Assembly (NCBI GenBank): GCA_051362555.1
Contig: CM120644.1
Coordinates: 14,592,534-14,656,533, forward strand
Direction of reading: 5' to 3'
Source of the DNA: Lingula anatina
Lineage: Eukaryota; Animalia; Brachiopoda
Length of the DNA stretch: 64,000 nt
Shown: one piece after another, positions 52,601 through 62,886 of the stretch
How the letters are laid out: each line of letters opens with the position of its first letter
Numbering within the stretch: position 1 is the stretch's first letter
Notes under the pieces: generated by a model
Databases searched by the model: none
What the model was told of the DNA's origin: nothing
The model's input: the letters and a program-made list of their open reading frames with translations, nothing else
Position numbers and translations under genes: made by a program

Positions 52601-55600
52601 TTTATTTGGATAAACGCGTAAAAAACATATGCAAAAGAAGAGTAATAAAAGACTTATTAGCAAAAATCTTTTAAGAAGCTTTAATCGAGTTAAAGCGAAA
52701 GAAGATAAAAACGTTCATATTTTAATTCAACAGCGATTTAATATCAAATCAAATAAGGCAAAGAGGAATAACTTAAAATGTGAAAACGCTGTAATAACAT
52801 GAACTTACCCTGCAACGCCGCCATAACCAACGCCGCCATAACCAACTCCAGCTTTTCTAGAGGGGAAAGAAAGAAAAACGTCAACATTGAAGGTATTGAT
52901 GCATTTCCTATATATAGACACGTGCAAAAGCGAATATGCTGAATATGCAGTTACTATCCTACTAAAGTGAAAACAAATAATAGCAATTATAATAAAGGCT
53001 CGTGTTTCAATTTGATAGGGTTTTGAACACAAATCAGGAAATAAATAAATAAATTAAGAGCGCATTCTCAACGAATTAAGCCAGGCTTTACAAAGCCGGT
53101 GACCTAAAAATGGCGGACGTACATGAAAGAAAAACCGCCTAATCTTTTAATAGTCTCTCCGCCTCTCACACGCCTCCCCACACGTCGTCCCTGCGGGGTA
53201 CAGTAATTAAATCTCGGCTCCGAACATTAATATTTCCGTGAATATCTCTGGTGATATTATCTCCGTAGATAGTCGATTCATTGCTGCTCTACGGGCCAAA
53301 TTATTCCTTTTTCGTCTCTGTTTTCAAACATAATAGAACAGAAGAGCTTTTTTCCTTCGATCGCCTTCAGCCGCCATGCTTTCTTCACCACGAGTTTAAC
53401 TGATGAGCATGCGCACTTAATATTTCTCAGGTAGCTTCCGCATGGCGAACGGAGCCGAGATTTAATTACTGTACCCCGCAGGGACGACGTGTGGGGAGGC
53501 GGAGAGACTATTAAAAGATTAGGCGGTTTTTCTTTCATGTACGTCCGCCATTTTTAGGTCACCGGCTTTGTAAAGCCTGGCTTAATCCGTTGAGAATGCG
53601 CTCTAAAACACCGTTATAAGTTGGTCTTACCCTACGGGGGCGACGACGCCAGCTTTTCTACAGAAAAAAAAGAAAAAGACGACATTTTAGGTTGATGATG
53701 ACGCATATAGACGTAGATGTGTGAAAAACCAAATAATAGACCAAAACATTAATATGTCGTGGGGATTTGAAGCGGTTATGGACAGTTTCAGATTCACTAA
53801 TGGAAAATGGAAATAAAAGAATCTATCAATCTAGCGTTAAAAAGCGTTTTCTTTTGGAAATAAATAGAAAAAAGTGGAAACTCTTACCCAATGCCATATC
53901 CAGCTCCGACTTTTCTGAAGACAAAAGGAAGACGATTTAAGTTATGGTGCATTCTCCTTTGGGTATACAATATAAAAATCAATTCACGATAGTATGTAAA
54001 GAACTTTTCTTTAAACATTTAATAGGCAGTTACATGTACAACCGCGATAAATGACGAAGAAATGAAAACCGTTGTTATCTTCATTCAAGAAGCATTTCTT
54101 ATCTGAATATGAATAAGGAAAAAGATAAATTAAAAGGTGAAAACGCTGTTATAACAAGAACTTACCCTACACCGCCGGCAAGGCCTACTCCACCAGCTTT
54201 TCTATTGAAACAAAAAGAAAACAGCATCATTTTAGGTTGAGAAACAAGTTTTGGATACATTTGTAAAATACACATACATGTACGTGTAGGCCTAGAAATA
54301 CCTGAATATTCGAAAGCGCTGTACTGTTATGGACTGATAAAAAGCCATTATATGCCGGTATTTATCAGCAATTTTTAATATTTGTGACTTCAGAAACGTT
54401 TTCTTTTGAACTTAAATAAGGAAATATAAAAAACAAAGTTAAAAAGTACTATTACAGCATAGACTTACCCAACAACGCCGCCGTAACCAACGCCAGCTTT
54501 TCTAGAAAAGAAATGTAAACGGCGACATTTCAAGTTAAGTTTATTTTTATTGGAACGAAAATAAAGAAAAAATGTCAATATTTCATTTCAATAACCATTT
54601 TCTTTTCAACGTAAGTAAGGGACAAAACATGGCAAATAAAAAAACGTTATTATAACATGGACTCACCCTACAACGCCGCCATAGCCAACTCCGCCATATC
54701 CTACTCCAGCTTTTCTACAGGGAAAAATAGAAACGGCAAAATTTAAGTTAAGATGTACTTTTATTGGAACGAGGAGCAATAGAAAGATAAACATTCCAAT
54801 AAGAGAATGTTTTCCTTTGAACATAAGGAGTGAACAAAAATGAAAAAAAAAATGTAGGCTTCATATAAACTTACCCTACAACGCCGCCATAACCAACTCC
54901 GCCATATCCAACTCCAGCTTTTCTACAGGGAAAAATGGAAACGGAGAAATTTAGGTTAAGATACACTTTTATTGGAACGAGGAGCAATAAAAATATAGAT
55001 ATTCCAGTATACAAGAGAAACTTTATCCTTTGATCATAAGGAGAGAAAACAAAAATGAAAAAAAAAAATACTGTAGGCTTTATATAAACTTACCCTACAA
55101 CGCCGCCATATCCAACTCCAGCTTTTCTAAAGAAAAAAATGAAAACGGTGACATTTTAGGATATGTTTTATTTTAGGTTTCTGTTGTATGCAAACACGTA
55201 CAAAATATGACAAACAAAACGAAAGAAAATGCAGTAAGGAATAAACGAAAATGCAAAAGCTCTGTTATAATGTTATAACACATGCTTACCCAACACCGCC
55301 GACAAGGCCAACCCCAGCTTTTCTAGAGAATAAAAGAAAACAGTAACATTTGAGGATCAGATTCATTTTTATATGAAAGTCAGCATCAGAAAAATTAACA
55401 TTCAAAAGATTAAAGACGCATTTTTACTGAACACGAATAGGGTAAAAAATAAAGGGAAATGTGAAAAAAGTCTTTATAACGTAGACTTACCCTACACCGC
55501 CGACGAGGCCAACTCCAGCTTTTCTAGACGAAAAAAGAAAAAGGAAACATTGGAGGTAAAGGTGCAATATTTTGTATAAAATACATTATGAAAGATAGAT

Positions 55601-56360
55601 AAATATGCGCAAACGCTGTACTGTTTTTAACTGACCCGTACTGATACGTTGCAATAATCCCCCAAGAAAGAGTTTCTTCTGGATACTTTATAAAGTAAGA
55701 AATCATAAAAAAGTTGAAAAATGCAGTTGTTACATGGACTTACCCTACAAGGCCGCCATAGCCTCCTACACCCACGCTGCAAGGAGAAATAGGGACAGCA
55801 TTTAAGTTTAAAATTGTGTTTTATTTAATACGTACATTAGTTAAAAATAGATTAAAATGCAAAAACATATTAATAACATGGGCTCGGCTGAAAAAAAACG
55901 TAAAATATCGAATCACCCACATCACGCTTAAAATGAATAAATATTAAAGACATCTAATTGATTGTACATGAGTCAGTGAATAAATGAAAATACTAAAACT
56001 AATGAATAATATGGGTTTACTGAAGTCAAGAGGCAAGTTCTTTTATATATAAATATGGAAAAAAAAGCAAAAACTTGGACTTACCCGTAACCGCCAGCCT
56101 TACCCACACTAGAGAAAGAAAAGAACAAAGACTATAATTTATGATGCAGTTTTATTTGAATAAAAAAAACTTTCTCAAAGGCAAACTTTTGATTGTAATA
56201 AAACCAAATAAAGCTGTATAAGGTATATTAGTTAAAATTTGTATCACTTCTCTCTTTGAACATATGTCTGTCCTTACAGAACCATCAAAAGTTGTAAGGG
56301 TCCTTAAAAGAAATCTTGTCCACAACCCAACACCCCCCTTTCCCTCCACCACCACCACCA

Positions 56361-56392
<32 letters not shown>

Positions 56393-56563
56393 CGACAAAA
56401 ACCTTTTTTGGTTTTGCCGTACTAAACAAAGAGGCAGAAGATCCTAAAAACGGTTATGTTCAAAGACTCACCCGACGACACCTTTATATACAGGATAAAC
56501 ATATGTTCCACACACGCTGGAAACTGCCACCAGGGCCAAGAAAAGAGCAATTGCAACCTTCAT
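43668..56563 (-). CDS. Secreted Gly/Val-rich repetitive structural protein with a C-terminal 4-Cys chitin-binding-like domain, encoded by a 42-exon micro-exon gene (up to 586 aa)
   Basis: Exon 1 56472-56563 (MKVAIALFLALVAVSSVCG-TYVYPVYKGVVG). Micro-exons: 56085-56108, 55744-55776, 55491-55523, 55290-55322, 55094-55126, 54875-54922, 54667-54714, 54469-54501, 54166-54201, 53888-53914, 53631-53657, 52809-52856, 52521-52553, 52074-52106, 51789-51821, 51526-51558, 50645-50692, 50358-50390, 49920-49952, 49635-49667, 49372-49404, 49204-49236, 48828-48860, 48529-48561 (GG donor), 48278-48310, 48037-48069, 47757-47804, 47463-47495, 47195-47227, 46770-46802, 46462-46509, 46192-46224, 45936-45965, 45660-45692, 45387-45419, 45235-45267, 45036-45068, 44826-44858, 44611-44643. 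Then 44217-44344 (Gly/Tyr-rich) and 43668-43852 (KCGYDGVY...FCTNG...QPCAPG...VCNVNL...stop). Each has a pyrimidine tract + AG and a GTAAG/GTGAG donor. The frame is open throughout and variation is largely synonymous. Confidence 0.9.
50114..50285. mobile_element. 172-bp MITE with 5-bp TSD (duplicated at 52268-52448)
   Basis: TIR CAGGCCC(A/G)TAGCCAG. TGATC on both sides. Confidence 0.75.
50894..51439. mobile_element. Same Harbinger-type MITE family, in an intron of the micro-exon gene; its right end is the tandem-duplication junction
   Basis: TAA on the left, no matching TSD on the right (TTT). Matches 53058-53603 by eye. Confidence 0.9.
53058..53603. mobile_element. Same Harbinger-type MITE family, intact insertion
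   Basis: TAA TSD at 53055-53057 and 53604-53606, with long TIRs. Confidence 0.9.
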
Positions 56564-56638
56564 TATACTAAGTTTGTTGGACGGCTAACAGCAGCAGAAA
56601 AGAAACCGCTTTGACGTGTTAACTCTGTGAGCCTGCCC

Positions 56639-56644
56639 TTTATA
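56639..56644 (-). promoter_or_regulatory. TATA box of the micro-exon gene
   Basis: TATAAA(GGG) on the minus strand about 80 nt upstream of the ATG, in GC-richer flanks. Confidence 0.65.
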
Positions 56645-57233
56645 AAGCCCACAGTCACCGGCGTTATTTTTAAATTCTCACAGGTCCCCACTTTTGGCCA
56701 TCATGCGTTTTTCTTGCTGTGGCTGACACCGTCTGCCTCCATTAATCAGAAGTCGTCTGAGATTAATGCCTTCCGAGATATTTACTGTGAAATGAAATAA
56801 AATGACGGAAAAGGGTCATCTTGGGATCAGACAGATATGCCTTTTTTATCAATTAATGAAACGTGGATGAGGGTGGGGGTTAAATATGTTTTCTCTCTTT
56901 TTTTACTTTCTCTCTCTCCTATCGTATCCTTCTCATGGAGATTATCTAGCAGTTAATATGAAGAATTACCAAGACGAGGCGCGGTGTGTATTTGCTGGTT
57001 AATATCTTTTACTGTGGGAAGAAAATGAGCCCGGGCAAATTATTCAAGCCGTTATGACCCAAGAGATAGAAGATGATCTGCGCAAAATACATTGAGGCTT
57101 TTGATGATGTCCGAGTAGAGGAGGGAAAAAAAAAGAAAATGAGGGATGACATATGAATTTTAAAATAACAAAAACGACTGGAGAATGGTTTATATAGTTT
57201 GATATCATACTGTTCCTCCCCCCCCCCTCCCCC

Positions 57234-57269
<36 letters not shown>

Positions 57270-58762
57270 ACCGCGCGCTTTTGCATAGTGGTTAATTATG
57301 GTTGGGCAAATCGTTCCAATGACGAATGATCGACAACGCACTGTCACCCATCATCTTGACAAAAGTCGGGTTTGTCACAGCGCCAGAATTCAGCGTCATG
57401 CACAACGCTGCAGTGACGTGACATAAACATAGCCATATACCGAAAACATGAAAGCGTAAATGTGGTTGCTTAGTCACCGACAATTTTAATATATTGTGTC
57501 CAAAATATTAAAAGTGAAAACTTCTTTCACTGAAATAACCTTATTAGTGCTCCATAATTGCGATGTTCATTTCGTGTTCATGACGGAATGTTTTTGTGAG
57601 TTATGGAAGTGAAACCCGTTACGTTCTCGGCATAATAAAGGGTTGCGCGTCCCGATTTAACTGGGATTTTATACATGTCACGCTGATATTAAGTTTCACG
57701 GTCACGTCGCATGACGGGACTCTTGTTATCGTTATTATTATTATATACATTATTGTTGTTGTTATCTGTGCGCTTACTTGCGTTTTTTTCTTATAATTCC
57801 CATTTTATGTTTTATTTGCCAAGGGGTGCGCTCTCTGTATGTCTTCTAAGTTGCCTCAATCAAACCAGGTAACAGAGGATAAAAACTTTTCCAATTTAAA
57901 AATACATTCCTTCTGAATGATGGAGTATAGAGATAATACAAGAGATATAGCAATTTTTATCAATCTCACTGCGACAGTTTTTACATTAAACACATTTTGA
58001 TACATCTGGCTAGAGAAATGACTGCCCAACAATTTCCGAGTCATGGAAGCGAAAAGAAAAAAAATTAATCTATTGACTTAATTAATAGGGGGCTGAAGAT
58101 GCACGCCCGGTCTAACAAGCTGGACGGAATGACAAGGCACATGTGCTTTTATGATCCTGACATTGGCCAGTGCAGTCGCAATCCAATATCGTCAGGCAAC
58201 TATGAATGATTATGTTATAAGGTTTAACTTTTCATTTTCTACACTAAATGATTACTGAGACGTACATGTAAGTGCATAGTGTTCAGTCTCATAGCAACAG
58301 ACACTGAAGGTCACGGAGTGGCTGAAATCTCTGTAAGGTACAGCTTTAATCTCAGCTATCATGTGTAGAAAAAGGAAAGGTTTAATCTTTTAACAAAATG
58401 ATGGACAAACTATACACATGAATTTCCATCAGGATGGTATTATATTATAATAATATTTGAAAATGAAATCTGAGGCTGTAATGTTTAACACTAAGAAGTA
58501 AAACTATTATCTGAATGATACATGGATATGAGGTGCATGGTTATATGGAAACGGTCAAATTATCACGTATCACCGACCAAACTCGTGTGTCCTCTTGTTG
58601 GGTTATTAAGAGTTATTAAGAGTGCCAGGTGTCTATGCTATTAACACCAAAAAAAGAGAAGTTTAAGTCGAGAAATCATTAAAAAATGCATGGAAAAGAC
58701 GATTTTGTGTTTTTTAGACGATGATGACGCTGAAAGAAATATTAGAAATATTCTTGAAAGGA

Positions 58763-58800
58763 AATCCCTGAAGAAGGCCTAGGGGCCGAAAGCTTGGATT
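58763..58800 (+). ncRNA. Minimal type I hammerhead ribozyme motif (Penelope-like element type)
   Basis: AATCC-CTGAAGA-A-GGCC-TAGG-GGCC-GAAA-GC-T-T-GGATT. Helix I is AATCC/GGATT, the core is CUGANGA and GAAA, helix II is GGCC/GGCC, and the stem III stub is the palindrome AGCT. Confidence 0.55.
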
Positions 58801-58831
58801 GCATAATTCATCTTTTTAGTAGATCTTCATA

Positions 58832-59028
58832 GGCTGTATTCCCAGAGCTTTTAGATCGATCTTTCCCCGCGGGGAGTCTCACTAGATTACTGTCAGATAA
58901 TCCGGCTTAAATGTCCGTCCCGCCTACTACAAGCTGTAAGGGGGTATTTAACTTTCGTGTCCGCTCGGCTGACAGCTATTTAGCGTGAACCCCTAAAGTA
59001 GATCGATCTAATCTCTGGAAATGGGGTC
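58832..59028. mobile_element. Degenerate MITE
   Basis: Imperfect inverted ends (CCAGAG..TAGATCGATCT / AGATCGATCTA..CTCTGG) flanked by ATA on both sides. Confidence 0.5.
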
Positions 59029-60961
59029 ATAGACGCATCAGTGTTATAACTTATATACTGTACTTGTAATGAATATATGCATGTACTAAGGATCTTTTTT
59101 TAATTCGGATAGGGATACGACAGAAAGTGATTCATTTGCTCTACTTTGATGTATTGTAGAAGTAAAGTTTTAATATTTTAGAGACAGCCTTTAACCGCGT
59201 TTAGGAAGGTATGGACATAGAACTTTGCAAACGTTTCGGTTTCAAAGTATAGACGCTTGGCTTACCGTGAGATGAGGGGTCAGCAGAATAACAGCTGTGC
59301 TTATTTTTAAGGGATGAGGAGCGAACAGTAGCGTTAGCTTGTTCACGTGCATGTTTGCTGTGTGCCCGCGGATATCTGAACATAACTGACAACAGGTGTC
59401 ACTAGGGGCGCCATTTATAATTCTAGGCGCGCAATGAGTAAAATGTGTGTGTGTGTGTGTGTGTGTGTGCGTGCGTGCGTGGGTGCGTGTGTGTATGTAT
59501 GTGTGTTTGTGCAAACACGTGTGTAAGTAGAAAGGAAGAGAAAGAGTGTGTGACAAACGTTTTTGAAAAACGGAGGGGGGGGGGGTAACCATTCAGAAAA
59601 ATATCGATTAGATATGAATATGAATTTCCTTTGCCCCTCACCTTCCCCCCCCCCCCCCCCCGCGTTCTGCGCTTATGGCCGACGCGACTGAAAAAAAGCC
59701 ATTGTGTTTGTGGAGGGGGGGGGGGGAGGGAAAGGGGGTCCTAACCCCCTATCCTCCTGGTCCTTCGCCTACATTTTTGCACTGTTTATGTGAATATCTT
59801 ATTTATTTGTGTAATTTGTAATATACTATCGTTTGTTCATATTAATCCATCTTTTATTTTTTACAATTTACCATTTTCAAATAATTTTAAGCGTAATTTA
59901 TGTTTGTTGATACCTGGAAACTTCGTAACATATTGTAATGCCCCAGCCTGTGTATACTTCAGCCTTTCGCCGGAGTTTAACAAACGCTGATCAAGGCAGA
60001 AATAAATGGTCTTCAAGGTTGCAGATTTGCTTCACTAGCAACAATCTCTCCGATGAACACTTTTTTTTTTACTGTGGATCTTTTCTTCGGGTGGTTACGG
60101 ACGAACTGGTCAGAATTGCCAAGAACATTTTGCTGGATTCCGGAAGACTGCAGGGACAGAGTCGTCAACGTGGCATCCCGCAAAAATGTGGAACTCCATT
60201 GTCTGTCGTCTTATTAACAATAGTCTAACACTTATAGAGTAGAATAGAATAACAATGGGAGTCTCTCCTTAACAATACAAAGAATGCGGATACAATGCGT
60301 AGAGTTTTGAACTTTGCAGGAAAACGAAAAGATGGAGTGAATATAACTAATAGTTATAATAAATTTTATTTTAAGAGGATTAAACAAGTAAAGAAAGCAA
60401 CCCAGTGTGGCAGGAATGATAGTCACAAAATAGAAGGCCGGGGTCCCATATGATTAGTACATGTTAGGCAGTGGCGGATTTAGAGGGGTGGGGGTCAGGG
60501 AGGGGGTCCTAACACCCACTTCGATTTCTGGACCTCTCTTAAAATTAGAATTTTGACTAACTAAATCATAGTTCTATACCGTGCCAAATGGCATTGTCGC
60601 CCTCTAAAATACCAAAATCTTTCGGGGCCCTTCAGCGGGCCCCGAACCCCACGCCAGTTGGGGGGAGGGGGGGGGGGTGAATCAGCTTCCGCGGACCCCC
60701 CACCTTCAAATAATCCTGATGTTAGGGCTAGTTAGTAGTCAAAATGCAATAATAATGGCTTAATTAAAACACATTGACAGTCAGTCACATTATTATTGTT
60801 ATTATTATTTGCATTTTAATAAAGTGTATTTGTTTACTTCCAATACTCTGTCTTCAATATTAAGTGTTTGTGTTTTAAAAAGTAAGAGTCTAAGCGGGAT
60901 AGTAAACTTTTTAAACACAACCATTTTTCCTTTTTACGACGACTTTTTTGTTCATGGCGTA

Positions 60962-61000
60962 ACGTCATGACGCATATACGTCACAGCTACAATGACGTCA
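60962..61000. promoter_or_regulatory. CRE/ATF site cluster upstream of the orphan gene
   Basis: Full TGACGTCA at 60993-61000 plus half-sites ACGTCA, TGACGC and ACGTCA within 40 bp, about 80-115 bp upstream of the ATG at 61076. Confidence 0.4.
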
Positions 61001-61075
61001 TTCCCCAAGGTTGCATTATTCACTTCACTTCAAGCAAAACTTCTTTTTTACCGAAGTTATTTTCATCCACAAAAG

Positions 61076-62851
61076 ATGGCTAGTGGAGGCAGGGATGTGG
61101 ATTGGAACGTAGTGAATGATGAAACGTTGGATTTGAGAGTCCACGGTGAAAACTGGAGACCAGAACCGAGAGCAAGGCAGGTGGCATTATGGATAGACGC
61201 AGAAGGTGGAAATCCCACCCCTCCTCCTAGGCCGTTGACACCTATGGTCTTTTGCACAACGGACTACGAGACAGTCCCGAGCCGCATTTTACGTAGGTTT
61301 GCAGCGTCAGATAGAACGTGGGATCCTGTGGAATTATCAATATTGCTTGAAGAAAAGCTCAAGCGCGCGGAAGCCATGAAAGCCGAGTTACTCAGAGCAC
61401 GGACACCATCCACCGGTGCTAGACTGGAAAAGGTAAGGGCTAAGCTGGAGATTAAGCCATCGTTTTTCTCCCAAGTTTTGTTTTTTAACCTTTTAGTTAA
61501 TCTATATTTCTAATTTCGGGTTACTTGCTTGCTTGTTAAAATTCGTCATATATACGATTTTTCAACTTTTAAAGTATCTCACAGATTCAGTAAACTCACC
61601 TGTTAGTTATGTCATTGTATTTTATCAGGCGGTAGCAGCTGAAAATATGTGTTTACTTTTACATTTCAACACCCTGAGCTTCAGAGATAACTTGCCACTA
61701 ACCTCTTCACTATAGCCTATCTTCATCGTGTCAAGTTACCTCTGACGAAAATAGTTTGACCTAGTTTATATAAGCCAATCGAATCCATGTTTCAAAATTT
61801 TTCACCAAAGTTTGGTGAAAACGCTGATTGGTTGACCGTCAATCGGCAATCCTCGGCTGATTCCGCAAGCTCCATACTAACAACAAAGTTATTGTCGAGT
61901 GCGGAGACATCCGAGTAGTTCCGAGTGCATAACCGAACACGAAGAAAGCATTCTAATGGCGTCTCCTACGAGTGACTACGTAAAATAATGTGTTAAGTTA
62001 TCTCTTGATTCTTTGCAAAATATGAGTATATCGGAATTGAAACCAGCGCAGTTTGAGGCCCTGCATCATTATCTACTGAGGGATGATGTTTTTTGCGTGC
62101 TGTCCACAGGTTACGGCAAGTCCCTGATATTCAGCCTTATCTTTGATTGGTCCGGATTTGAACAAAGCGCGCTTTGACTCGTTCGCGTTCATTGGCTAAA
62201 TCGTTCAATGAGTCAATGAGCGGGCTTTAAATTTGATTGGCGGGCGGCGGAGGCTATCGAATGTGGTCAGAGGTAACTTGACACGATGAAGATAGGCTAT
62301 AGTGAAGAGGTTAGTGGCAAGTTATCTCTGAAGCTCAGGGTGCATTTCAAGGTCTCACAAAACAAACTCGAAAGGGAACTTACAGACATAGAAAGGACAA
62401 AGGAAATAGTAGATGAAAGGCTGTCAAAGATAATGGGAGCAGAAGAAATCTCCCTGGATGAGGAACAGATAGAAGTCAAAAGAGAGATGGCCCCGAAAGC
62501 AAAGGAAGAGACACAAAAAGTGAGATATCAATTGTTTCGCCGAAGTAAATTTTACATGGGCTTATGGAAATGAATTATTAACTTTTAAGTTCTATAAGAA
62601 TGAAACTTTGTTATGGTGGTTGGGCTTTTTATTTATAAAAGATTTTATAATGTACAAGTTAAGGTTGTCTTTTAATGCCCCCTGTGACTGTTTTAAGAAG
62701 AATTAAAATGTTCCTATTTGAATAACATTTCGGTTAACTTTTACTTTTACTTTTAATTACTTTTATGTAAGTTTTTAATCTATCTTTGTAGTATTAGTAT
62801 CTACATGTATATGTGAACGTAAACAACACTGAAAATTGCATTATTATTATA

Positions 62852-62886
<35 letters not shown>

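Larger units (their letters stand above)
49286..53603. repeat. Near-perfect 2.16-kb tandem duplication (49286-51439 / 51440-53603)
   Basis: The two units match by eye except for homopolymer length. Each holds five micro-exons and two MITEs. Confidence 0.9.

Noticed and set aside
44611-56108. Regularly interspaced 33-bp repeats superficially resembling a CRISPR array
   Set aside because: The units carry splice signals, vary at synonymous codon positions and are separated by long homologous spacers in a eukaryotic context, with no cas genes. They are exons.
57009-57347. Poly-Gly ORFs upstream of the micro-exon gene
   Set aside because: Caused by a poly-C tract (about 57218-57269). It lies upstream of the TATA box and has no splice signals.
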